Source: Paraphysomonas bandaiensis (Eukaryota; Protista; Chrysophyceae). From it: 64,000 bases of DNA. This document shows, piece after piece, positions 52,131-64,000 of this stretch. Made by a program: the position numbers and the translations under genes. Positions within the stretch are counted from its first letter, which is position 1; every line of letters begins with the position of its first letter. The notes beneath the pieces are model-generated. The model ran no database searches, had not been told where the DNA came from, and saw nothing but the letters and a program-made list of their open reading frames with translations. Location of the stretch: the NCBI GenBank assembly GCA_965644295.1, contig CBFFRP010000075.1:124001-188000 (forward strand), written 5' to 3'.

Positions 52131-55100
52131 TTATTCCTCCTCATCTCCTGGTCTCCACCTAAATGGCTCCGGCGGTTCAGCTTCTTCCTCCTGACCTAAG
52201 GCAACCAACTCCACTGTCGAAAAATAGCATCATTAGACTGATACGATTTCACATGTAACAGTACGTACCCTTGGCAACATCTTCGGGAGATTCTGGATCG
52301 GAGTCCATGAGCATTACAATTCCAGATGGATGCACCATGCGGTGATCCACGGGCATATATCGTTGTCCATCCAATACTGTGATGTAAGGCACTTGGATGG
52401 GGACAACACGGTCGGGGTTTGACAGGATGAAGGATGAAGCTTCGCGTTCTTTTTTCTTCGGCTCATTCACTACAGCATCGGCGTGTCTCTCCTATATGAA
52501 ATGAAGTGCATGAGTTATATCGATAGCATTTGAAAGGAGTACACATACTTCTACACTGAGATATGAGGTGGTTGACAAGTGCGACGTTACTCTCTCAAGT
52601 GGAGCACCATCGGGAAGTGCCGCCGCAGTAGGCGTCCCAGGTCCTCCTACGGATCCATCCCTCGAAGGATGTCGCCCTAGCTTTTTGGCTTCCTTCCTTG
52701 CTTCACGAGCGCGAGACTTAGCAGTTGTGGAGAGTACAGCTGTAACTACTTTCTCTCTCTTATCCTCCTTCTTTTCCTCACGCTTCGGATATGCAAACAT
52801 TGACGGTGGAGCAGCACATTGAACACCAAAGTTCTTGGGCATATCAAAGTCCTTGTTCAGTCCGATCATCATGGTTGGGGAAAATGCAAGACTGAGAAAG
52901 TGCATCAGAGGGTACCAGTACCAGTACTGTAAGAATAACATCATTCCGACGACACCACCCATCTTCAGAAAACCCGCACGACTTTGCATACTTACTACCA
53001 CATTCCGCCCCCCAGCATCCAAGACACCACTAGCCATTATAGCACCAGATTTGGCCATTGCAGTTTGATGCTTATCGCTTATCACAGAGGAAAGATGATC
53101 ACGGAACTTCTTGACTGCAGGGCTTCGCGCCTCGCTGATTTGCATTAGTACCATGGCAAGGGCTAGGTATGCACCCTGTCGCACATAGTCCACCTGGTCC
53201 TCGAGCATTGGCTGTAATAAATCAATAGCATCCTTGAAGGCGGTTCCAACGCAGGAGATGCCAACAGCCATACAGGCCCCATATCTAACATGTGGGTTGA
53301 AAGACTCTGCCAGTAGGGAGACCAATTTCGGTACCGTCTCATGTCGGCGGAAGAGCACGAACCCCAAACAAGTCACTGCTGCGCGGCGGACGTCATCGTT
53401 CACATCGCTGACTGCAACGTGAAGCAGCCGTCTTATAGCACCGTTGTCTCCTGTCCCACAGTATGCCATGGCTACTGCGTACATGGCCCCGTACCTCACG
53501 ATGGGGTCGCGGTCACGAGCCAGCTGTTCGATAATAACATCCGCACTCTCCTCTTTGCCGTACACCATCATCGCAATAGCCAAGGCAAGGCCGCGAATAA
53601 TCTTTTCGTGCTCTGTATCATGCGCATAGTTTAGGAGGTCAGGAATTGAGTTTTGTGCAACTGTAGTATCTGCTTGTCCTAAGAGCAGTAGTCCAATAGC
53701 AAGAGCTGCACCCTCACCAGCCACTGCACTATCGGTGAAAAGTGTATTTTTCAGTTCATCAAAAATGGCTTCGTTGCCTGTGGCCATCGCCGCGAGTCCG
53801 ATTCCAAGACAGGCCCCATGTTGCACTACCTCGTTATTACCAGCGTTTCTCAGTGCCTCAGATAGATAAGATATGGTCCGTGAATCTCCCGACCCCCCTT
53901 TGTTCGCATGGATTAGACCAAGGGCGTATAATGCACCAGACTCCGTGTAGGGAGACGCTGATATACCCCCTTGTGGTAGGTAAGGTTGAAGAAGATTCAT
54001 CGACTCGTGCACATGACCCTTATGCACAACCCCTATCGAGGCAACGGCCGTGAACTTGGACCAGTTGCTTGCCTTACCCAGCCATTCGAGGTTGTCGCGT
54101 AAGAAGGCATCTATAGTAGTACCACAGTTCATATAGGCGTGAGCGACTACTGTGCTGTTGTGCAGGATGGCAGTGCGTCCCTCAGTTGCTGCCTTAATGG
54201 ATTTCAGAATGCTTATATCGGATTTCGACTGCTTAAACAAAAAATTGAGGGTCAAATCCACATCGAAACCCTCTACTAGTATGCGCTTTAGTTTTTTTAT
54301 GCGCTCCTCGTACTCACTATCTGAAGTCACGGCAACATCCATTGCCTCTTCCTCCTTGGTATTTTCTGCTGCACTATCCTCCTGAGCATCGGATGACGTT
54401 TTCTGAATGGCATCAACAACTCGCAGAACGAAGCCTTGATTTTCGGTCTCCTGCAAGTCGAATGCAACCTGATACGCCTGAAGTGCATTCTTTTGGGTGC
54501 CCTTGCAAAGAGTGACGAGAGTCTCCGCAACAGCCATGGGTCTGTCCAGGTACTGCAAACAGTAGCACACATTGGCATAGTCCGGGGCTGCAAGGGTGGA
54601 ATAAAGTTTGACTAATATAGCAATCACAGAGAGGCGGAACTCTCTAGAAGGTATATTTCTAGCACCCTGACAGAGATTAAACGTATACCGCAGGATACTC
54701 TCACGGCCTGCTGCAATGCCGCTCACCAGTACCTCTTCAACCTTGTCAATGCGACGTGTGTCGAGCGCTACCCCCATTGCCTGTTCATAGCAGGAATCAC
54801 GATAGCACCGTTGAAACATCTGCTCAATAATATTCTCCATTCGTGGGTCGATGTAAACAGCGTTTCCGTCTTCAGTCTCCTGTTGCATTCTTAATTCCAT
54901 GTACTCATCAATGCACTTGGATAAAAGTGTTTCGACGTACTCTCCTTTCTCATGAATATTGAAATAGCTCCCGGCACAAAGTGCAAGACGCAATGAATCA
55001 TTATACTCTTGCAAATGGTAGAAACATTTCGAAGCAACTGCCGCCGCAAGTTGAGCTCCAGCAAAGGCGGCATCTTCACTGAGCTCCTCAATAACAGGCA

Positions 55101-55351
55101 GAGAGTCGCATATTTCAGCCCAGTGAACATCAACGATACGATAGAGCCTCTTGAGGGCCGATATCTGTTAGAGATGTTAGTGAATGAAAACAGAGGGGTG
55201 TATGGGTTGCCTTAAGGATGTTGTCCGGTTCATCCAGAAAGACGATCACACCTGCGGCTACACACACATAACACACACACACATACATACAAACAAACAC
55301 ACCCGACGAACTCCCACCACACCCAGAAGACACACATAACGATGAGGACAT
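52131..55351 (-). CDS. PSMD1: 26S proteasome regulatory subunit RPN2
   Basis: FWAEI, SKCFYHL, FLRDNLEWLGKASNWSKF, PC repeats, RRLLHVAVSDVNDDVRRAAV, LDAGGRN, TAVLSTT, C-terminal PPEPF; several introns. Confidence 0.97.
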
Positions 55352-55460
55352 ATGATAATCCTAGAGATGCTCTTGATGTCACTGGTCCTACAAAGATGCA
55401 ACAACAAGAAAGAGATAATAGCCCATAACAACACTCACACATATACTCACACACATACTC

Positions 55461-56044
55461 ACATACATACATACATACATACATACATACATACATACAT
55501 ACATACATACATACATACATACATACATACATACATACATACATACATACATACATACATACATACATACATACATACATACATACATACATACATACAT
55601 ACATACATACATACATACATACATACATACATACATACATACATACATACATACATACATACATACATACATACATACATACATACATACATACATACAT
55701 ACATACATACATACATACATACATACATACATACATACATACATACATACATACATACATACATACATACATACATACATACATACATACATACATACAT
55801 ACATACATACATACATACATACATACATACATACATACATACATACATACATACATACATACATACATACATACATACATACATACATACATACATACAT
55901 ACATACATACATACATACATACATACATACATACATACATACATACATACATACATACATACATACATACATACATACATACATACATACATACATACAT
56001 ACATACATACATACATACATACATACATACATACATACATACAT
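55461..56044. repeat. (ACAT)n microsatellite, ~146 units
   Basis: Directly visible perfect tetranucleotide array. Confidence 0.99.
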
Positions 56045-56311
56045 CGTAAGGTCAAAGCTTTTGTAAGTGTTAGTAAAGTTAATCAATATTAGTTTACACC
56101 AAAATAATATATATCAGAACAACTGAATTGTCATAACTCCACAGGGCGAGTGGATGTATTGATTCATTAACTAATTATGGGAATGCTTTAGAAAAAAGCT
56201 TTTGCATAGAAGCAGATGATATGAAATCTTAATACATGTATTTTCAGGCCCAGTTTTAATATATCCGCTGTGAAATATCTCCCTTTCTTTTATTACAGAA
56301 TTTTTAACTCG

Positions 56312-57007
56312 CAGGGCTGCGTATCAATTATTAATTGACAATTATTGAAATTGAAATAATTGAAATTGGGACATCAACTCATAAATGCAATCATCATTTA
56401 CTCCAGCTTGCTCCTATTAACTGATAAAAAGTACAACCCTCCACCCTTTTATACTGAAAAGTTGATAAAAAACGGCATCTTTTATTGAGAAAATCCTTTT
56501 TTACGATAAAAATCGAAGATTGTTAAAAAGCTATAATATTCATAGGATAATCTCACGTAATTGGCGATATGAGCGATAAACTGGTACCTGAAGTCAATGC
56601 ACGAGTGTTTTTTGAGAAAATAAATGATGATTACGTAGACATTGAGAGTCTAGTTGAGAGTGACGGCGCAGCACAACGTTAGATTGATGGTAGCAGGCTA
56701 TGGAAGTGAGCACGTCTTCATCAGGAAACCCGTTACCGCAGCAGGAAGCACTTGCATGCCACAACCAATAGGGTTGAAAGGTTGTTCAGTAGAGCTAAGG
56801 TTGTTATTTCTGATGTGCACAAGAGTATTACTTATGTTTTTACGCATGAACCATCGCTTCTGGTATGAAACGGCAGTTGAGGTAGCTATATTGGCAGCTA
56901 ATGTCGTTTAGTACTAAATAATTGCAGTAATTGAAATTGAGACAGCACGTAATAATTGCAAATATAATTGGCTACAACCCGCGTCGATTAATTGATACGC
57001 AGCCCTG
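56312..57007 (+). mobile_element. Non-autonomous hAT element (696 bp), same family as 39712-40894, opposite orientation
   Basis: TIR cagggctgcgtatcaatta / taattgatacgcagccctg; 8-bp TSD ttaactcg; TTNRVERLFSRAK remnant at ~56760-56800. Confidence 0.93.
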
Positions 57008-57048
57008 TTAACTCGCTTGTGAAAAAAAATCGGAAAACTAATTCATCC

Positions 57049-57853
57049 CTATTTCATCATGGTCTCTAGAAAATCTCCATCTAGCCACTCTTGATAAATT
57101 TTTTCACTAGTTTGTTCTTCGTTTTTAATTTTCCCCTGTAACGTATCAACGCAAAAACCAGGGGTTCCCGCCAAGCGAACATTTTCTGTGTAGGATTTTC
57201 CGGCAAAGTATTTTGATATTTCGCTATCTGTCCATTGCAAATCACGAGGTTTCTGAAGTAACCTAATTTTTCCCTGCATTCAAGTTAAGGATGTCTTTTG
57301 CCAAGTGTGGATTGGTCACACATAGCAACACACAATACGAATTGTGCTTGACTGAATCTTCTGCCAACCGCTTGATGAATTTTAAGACCGAAGTCAAGTT
57401 AGAATGCTGGCAAACATTATCAAAGTGGTCAAAAAGTATTACGACCCGTTTACCACGTCGAAAGTAACGCGACAGAATTTGATCACACCAAGAATCATCA
57501 GGCTCGTTGCAAGGAATAACAGTAGATATCTTGTCGTTGCATTTCATCAAATTGTCAACACCCAAAGCTGTGTTAATCCACTGCACACCACCATCCCCTC
57601 CAACTTCTGCAAAGGTTGAATCATTCACTTGAACCAGTCCACCAATTTTAGTCGTCAACAGCAATTCGTTGCATGCTCGAATGGCATAAGATGATTTCCC
57701 GCTGTCGGGCGGTCCCCATAACACTAGAACACCAGGACCGTTCTGAATTTGCGTGTAAATATTGCCTATAGTTCTGGGATTTTCGACATAAACTGGAAAT
57801 ACGGCAGGCGTCTTTAACTTGTTTTTATATATTCTTGCGAACCGTCTAAATTT
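57049..57853 (-). pseudogene. P-loop NTPase with a +1 frameshift (pseudogene or sequencing error)
   Basis: Walker A WGPPDSGKS, Walker B VVILFD; deleting one A in the A5 run near 57270 fuses the two ORFs (LNAGKIRLLQ). Confidence 0.65.
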
Positions 57854-58696
57854 CTAAATTTATGCTATGGCTCTAGACCGTAACAATAGTTTCAGGATCT
57901 GTGGACAGCACATGTCCACTGGATAACTAACTCAATCTGCTGTAGTGGAGTATGTGCTTGTTGATGTTACATGTATGTGCGCAGGAAGCAAAATGACATC
58001 GTGATTATGATCGAGGTAGCGAGCGAGCACGAGTGAGAAGTAGATGAGGGAGTAGTGTGTCGTGCACTGCGGTAACATTCATATGGCTATGTCGGAGTTA
58101 TCTCGGAATCTACTTTTGATGTCGTAGATGGAGGTGCATTAGTTTTTGCGGTGGAGACAAATGCAGTTCCCTCAGTGAATAGATCAGACGATCCCTAATC
58201 TACCAAGCCGGTACGATGGGCGTCTTGATAATGCTAATGCTGCAACCCGTCTCAAACCAGATGTTATGTTTGTCTCTCTGTGCCCATGTTTGCTCCTTCT
58301 ACCTTTTTTGTTTGACCTGAACCCTATTGAACGTGATTTTAGCCAAACTTTATATTCGTAATCTTGTAGGTAGTGCTTCAGGAAAATATGTTTGTTAATG
58401 TAGGGAATGTTTGAATTGGACATTACAATCTAATTAACTTGCTCAACACGTAAAGCTTAGTTCCTTTTTTGCACACAACGTACTTTCAAGAGAGAATTAG
58501 AGTTATTGATCTATCTACTAGTTGGTTTCACCTATTGCACACTATATTTTTGCTAACTTCAGTTACAGCAGAACTTTACTGAGTGTGTTAGTATGTAATA
58601 ATGGTTATTCTATACTATGAGCTCTCTATTGTATATGATTATGTTTGTACATATTCCACGTTTGAAAGGATACAATTATTATGAATATCAACTCTT

Positions 58697-58766
58697 TATG
58701 AATCAAGATCTACTGAATAACATGACTATTACTATGAATCAAGACCTACTGAATAACATGACTATT
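58697..58766. repeat. 36-bp tandem duplication
   Basis: tatgaatcaaga(t/c)ctactgaataacatgactatta occurs twice. Confidence 0.9.
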
Positions 58767-59023
58767 ATATATGATAGGTTTTCCATTGAAATATACAACT
58801 CATAACCGAAACAGAAAAAGAGAAAAGAGATAACAGATGTATAATGAAAACTAGCAATGACGTATAGTGATGAGAACTATGATTAATGTTATTTACTTGC
58901 ATGCATATCAATGTCATGATGAAACGCATTACCTGTGATATATTGATTGCAATATACGGCAATAGGCAATATATAGTGAGCTACCTTAACTATAACAATA
59001 TATTAATGAAAATTCAGTATATT

Positions 59024-59244
59024 GTTCCCGGATGCCTGCTTATTCGTCAAGGCCCAAAGACGTCTACACAAGTGACAATTATTAGTGTCTCTTGTACCAC
59101 ACAAGCATTAGGCTATGAGTGGGCACAATAATATCTGCGGACTATATAATATATGTGCGACTCACGTTAGTTCCCCGGAGAAATATTTCCTGTACTTACC
59201 CCCCAGAACATCACGAAAGGTGCAAGTCCAACTTTGTTGAGAGG
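59024..59244 (-). mobile_element. SINE-like copy (5' body only)
   Basis: Close match to 50900-51122. Confidence 0.8.
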
Positions 59245-59378
59245 ATTTTGGGAGGTTTGATGACCATGAGATCAAGAAGGTTGTGAAACTGTCCAATTCT
59301 CATCTGAATACAAGAGGACTAAATGTGATATATTGCATGTATACAATATCTATCTGTATACATTAACGGAATGTTAGA

Positions 59379-60121
59379 CAGGGCTGCGCAACAATTAATT
59401 GATTTAATTGCAAATGTTTTTGAGCAATTAAATTGCAATTATTAGTTATAGCTCGCGCAATTATTGCAATTATTGTCAATTTTTATTAGCTACTCATTAC
59501 AAGCACGAATAGCACCTTCAACCGTACTTGCATTCCGCAGATGTCTATTACAGTGCAAGAACATAAGAGCCTCCATTCAATGAGGTGCCATAGATTCGCG
59601 CATATCACATATGTTGAGTTTTGCTCTGCTGAAAAGCCGTTCTACACAATTATAGTGGTGGAGTAAATATGCTTCAAGCAGCGGTACTTAGTTGGTTTAC
59701 TTGTGCGTAGTCGCTTTCGTTCTTTTTGTGCATCTGGTGTCTTTTCATTAGTAAGTCCACACCATCATCTTCGAGCTGAACTTAGTCTTGCAGCTTAAGG
59801 TCAAGTGGGAAGACGTAATCGACAGTACAAAGAAACTGCACCATTCAGAATGTAAGAAGATAATGACCGAGATATTGAACAGTGACGACAATATAGCATG
59901 AAGTCATTTTTTGGTAACAGATAGCAGTGATGTAGCAATGAATAATAGTCAGTAAGGGTGATGGCTACTAAGAGAAATAAATGGCTATCGTCCTTAAAGT
60001 TTTCCAAGTTCTTATACAATTAATTGCATTATTATTTAATCGCAACCTTCCTGCGAGCAATAAAATTCCAATTATTATTACTGTAATTAATTGTAATTCA
60101 ATTCATTTTTATGCAGCCCTG
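59379..60121. mobile_element. hAT MITE, second CAGGGCTGC family
   Basis: Ends cagggctgc / gcagccctg; TSD atgttaga / gtgttaga (7 of 8 match). Confidence 0.8.
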
Positions 60122-60479
60122 GTGTTAGAGTATGTTCCCATGTTTAAGTGAAAATTCTTATTTTTAACTAGAGGTGAATACCATAATAACCTGGCCAATC
60201 TAGTCGTTGTTAAATGACTAGTAGGTTGGTGTGACTAGTGACTAGGGAATACACCCATATGATAAGGTTGAATAATAGATCCCGATATTTTTCATATATA
60301 TATAATATTATATAGCGGGCGCATAACCTGCAACCTGCAATATGCTGCAATCGTTTTACCCCCCTGTCTGATATTAACTGTGTAATCTTAAGATTTATAA
60401 TCATTCTGTTCTCCCCATGTAATTATAGATTATAGTATTAAATTTTCGATACGGCATGCATAGAATCTACTTTAAGTTA

Positions 60480-60677
60480 GTAGGTATTAATGGCCATTAT
60501 AATATTATAATATCCGGGGCTTTTTCATTACTGCCATTATAATTACCGAGAACTGGACTACCATAAAGGCCCTGGTATGTATATGGCTATCTATATCTAT
60601 ATATTGATTGCAATATATTGTGAGCCACTTTTACATAAAAAATATATTTTACAATAATATATTGTTCCCTAGCCCTG
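60480..60677. mobile_element. Clustered terminal fragments of hAT-type elements
   Basis: 60531-60564 matches the reverse complement of ~48547-48578; aatatattgttccctagccctg at ~60656-60677 resembles the TIR of 23402-25786. Confidence 0.6.
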
Positions 60678-60939
60678 ACACATACTATTATTTGATCTAC
60701 TAAGTTATCTGTCTTCAGGACTGTTTACTTACGTCTTAAGATAAAATGAAGTATCAACTAAAGTATTCAGTAGACTTATATCGACAACCCGAAACTTTGA
60801 CAATACATTACTCAGTCATACATAAACATGAGTCCACGATGCATTACATCAGTGGCCCTAAAAGTGATACCTAAGCCACTTACACACGCACAATATATAT
60901 CTACTATCAAATATCTACTATTAAATCTACTACATTTAA

Positions 60940-63900
60940 CTAGAAATCACTCCTCATAGGTCCTCGACTGGTTGTCGATGATTCACCAAACAGGGTGTTT
61001 GGAGAAACGTTAGAATCAAACGCGAAAGTCTTTTGGCGCAGTGCTGCAGGCGATGCTCTGCTATATGCACCATTCCTATATAACGATTACAATACATAAA
61101 ATACGAACAGGACCAGGAGAACACATACCTTGCGTTGGAATACTGTACCATCGGTGCACCAGTACCGTGTGAGGAAGCCGCACCACAATCCGAATCAGTG
61201 TCTCTTCCCCCCCTCTCCTGCCAGCCACCTCCTCCAGGATCAACCATTCCCTCCAGAGCTATGCCAGTCATTGTTTGTTGCACCTGATAGCCACTGTTCC
61301 AGACTGGTGTGTTAGCGAATTGGGACAACTCCAGCGAGTCACCACTATGGTTGGTCTGCACGTGGTGTGTGTGAATGCTTCCGGCGGCAGATCCACTAGA
61401 AGTGACAGTATTTGTATATATGCGATGTCTAGCGGACACTATCATCTTATTCGAAGACCGTGCAGCCGTCCCTTTCGCCTCATCGCGCTGAGAGATCGAA
61501 CTCAGGCCCTTAGAGAGCTTATTAGCGACGTCTATTTGGGCCTGACTGCTGGCGCGGGGTGGCTCCCTCTTCTCACGTGGAGGGGGCGGACGCCAACCTG
61601 GCAAACTACGGGATCCCTATACACAAAACAAGAATATGACAACTCCAAGTGCGGTACATTTCAAATACCTGAGAAGAGCGTTTTCCTGTGCGAAACGGCT
61701 CGTTGAGGGCTGGGAGAGACTGAGAGTCACGATCAGAGTCACTTCCACCTCTGTCAGCGGAGGGTCTTTCGTATGACTTGGAGCGGTTCCCGAGGGGACA
61801 CTTCAATCTCATCGTCTGTCGTCGGTCCTGCAGAAACACTTGGAACAAGATGTCCTCCAGTGATTTCCCTATGCTTCTTTTCTCAGGTGGCAAGGGTGGT
61901 GTCGAAGATGCCACTGTAGTCGCGGCTGGTAAAGAATTTTCTCCATCCGCCGTGCGAGCTCTTGGTGAGGGCGTCTCGAGCGATGCGTCGGCAGTACTAA
62001 CACCAACACCGGCCCCAGTCGCATCTCTCTTGTCGTCCTCTATATCTTGTTCTGCTTCTCCATCGTCGGGCTCCTCTTCTACTTTTGTATCGTCCGTTTT
62101 GGGAACAGGAGGAAATATTCTTCGAGCAAGTAGGTCACACAACATGCGTAAAGGACAGAAATTAACGTAGTATACCTTGTGAAAGAGGGTAGGCGGCTAC
62201 TCTCGAAGGCTATCCACTTATCGTCCAGCGCTGGTATATGTTGCGCGAGAACTTCTTGTCTGTGATATCAAGGGAGTGTGATTTAGAAAATCAAGCGAAT
62301 TAGATCGACTCGCCTGAATGCTTCGTCGTCCTCTGCAGCCCCACGCCAAGCTGCACTAGACCTTCTATGAGGAGGAGAGAGAGATCGTGAGTTCTCAGCA
62401 GCCTTGGGTTTGCGCTGCATTGATGCAAATACAGTTAGAATTACATCCATTTTGCGCATATCTAACAATTTACTCACCTCTTTAGGACCATTACTCGTAA
62501 GTCGTTTCGGGGGTTGTGCTTGGTTCTGAGCGGCCAGTCGCTCGCTGCTGGATTCTTGTGGGTTCGGTGCTACATCGGATTCAGTAGATGCGGAGACAGT
62601 TGGTTTGCTTTCCAACGGCACAGTGACCTCTGCAAGAGGGGGGATGGGCACCACCAACTCGGCAGCAGCTTGGCTAGCAGAGCTTGACATTAGTTCATAA
62701 GGAACATCATATTTGTCGAACACGAAAGTAATGAATTCCTCCTCCCGGCCCTGGGCGCAACATTAAAATAATCGTCGGAGAATCTATTCTCATACCTGAT
62801 ACTTCGCGAGGAGCTTGTCAATCTTACCCAACTTTGATGGGCAGTACTGCGCATACACCTTCGACAATATTGCTTTAATTTCCTTTATCACTACTCAGAA
62901 ATGTACTCTGCCTCCGAAATATCTCTCACCTGGAATCTCTCTGGCGTGACGGGCTTGCAGTCACTCAGCTGCTGCTGCTCCAGCCTATCTTGTTGTTTTT
63001 TGCGTTCCGTCTCTCGAATAGCCTCGATAGCCTCTTCATTAGCTGCTGCTATTTCCGCAGCCTGCATAGCCTCTTTGGCTCTCTCTTGCTCCTTCTCACG
63101 CTCTTTCAACATCTCCGCTCGCCGTTTGCTCCACCGCTCCCGGCCTATACGCTCTTGCTCTTCTTTCCTTTCCTTCTCTGAGACAGCCTTTTCGCGCATC
63201 TTTCCTGTGCTGGCAGTGGTCCTGGTATCCACAAGATTAAGTGTGCCTTGCAGTAAGGCAAAATGTATACATATACCTCTCTGCCAGTAGACGGCGCTCT
63301 GCCTCCACCTTATGGTAGAGGGTAAACATCTGCTCATCATCAGGGCGCACTGGAAGAATATTGAAAACCTCATCCATAAGTCTGCCTTTAATATCTCGGT
63401 CCAGCGGCGAGTCAGTGCCGAAACTGCATAAAAGTAATCAACCACTTGAATAGATAAAAAGAAAGTACCTAGGGAGGTGGTTTATTTCAATAAGCCAAGG
63501 CTTAAGGTGTGAGTCTACCATGATATCAATGCCCAGTATCTCAAAGCACCTCGATCCACGCCAGTCGTCCTTGTTATTCGCTTCACCTGCAGTCTCACTA
63601 GTTGCCTCTTCGGCGGGCTTATCTCCTCCCCCATCCTCCTCACCCTCCCCATCACTATTGCTACCGTCGCTGTCTTCATTGGAACTCGCACTAGTCGCCC
63701 TACTGCACACCTCTCCTTCCGTTTCCGCCTCTTCATCATCACCTTCCCCTATGCGTACAGAACGATTACCAGCACCCCCACCTTTTCCTCCATTTTTCGC
63801 GGTTCCTTTCTTGTCAGTCCCTGCCTTTGGTAGCTGCTTTTCACTGGGCTTTTTAGTCATATACTTCTCGCTACCGGGTGGAGGGTTGACGGGGACATTA

Positions 63901-64000
63901 TAGAAGGATTTAAAGTGGAAGTCATACTCCCGCGAAAGGGTTGGGAGTATGCTCAGCACTGTACGAACAGCAAGTGTTCCTGGTTACATTAGCAAATGGT
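60940..64000 (-). CDS. Tubulin-tyrosine ligase-like (polyglutamylase) protein, 3' part; runs off the window
   Basis: CFEILGIDIMVDSHLKPWLIEINHLP, then coiled coil and a Y..YCPSK...LLAKYQGRE...KY module; multiple introns. Confidence 0.88.

Noticed and set aside
55230-56092. Long MYVC / HTYI ORFs
   Set aside because: Translation artefacts of the (ACAT)n microsatellite.
58184-58423. 79-codon basic ORF
   Set aside because: No motif or gene context to support it.
58697-58766. CRISPR-like 36-bp repeat
   Set aside because: Two adjacent copies with no spacer; no cas genes; eukaryotic context.

Overview
Eukaryotic nuclear DNA with compact genes split by short (about 45-65 nt) GT-AG introns. The gene set (HslU with a transit-peptide-like N-terminus, PHB depolymerase, Kazal inhibitor, TTLL) fits a stramenopile/chrysophyte-like protist; that taxonomy is inference only. 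There are about 19 protein-coding genes: METTL5, PHB depolymerase, PqqB-like MBL hydrolase, C2H2 protein, divergent kinesin-like protein, multicopper oxidase with an extra blue-copper domain, HslU, CLC, WDR44-like, EF-hand, Kazal, ankyrin, RPN2, a frameshifted P-loop NTPase, a partial TTLL, two paralogues of an unnamed family and two further unassigned proteins. Many sit in head-to-head pairs. The AT-rich intergenic blocks hold one intact autonomous hAT transposon (TIRs, 8-bp TSD, 580-aa transposase), several hAT-derived MITEs, a decayed LINE, and about 12 dispersed retroposon-like copies. Those copies share a palindromic GCACC-NN-GGTGC module and/or a TAATAATCAGA-like 3' terminus, and include a ~430-bp SINE-like element with a fixed 5' end and a 10-bp TSD. 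No rRNA, tRNA or CRISPR array was seen. Intron and exon boundaries were assigned by eye.
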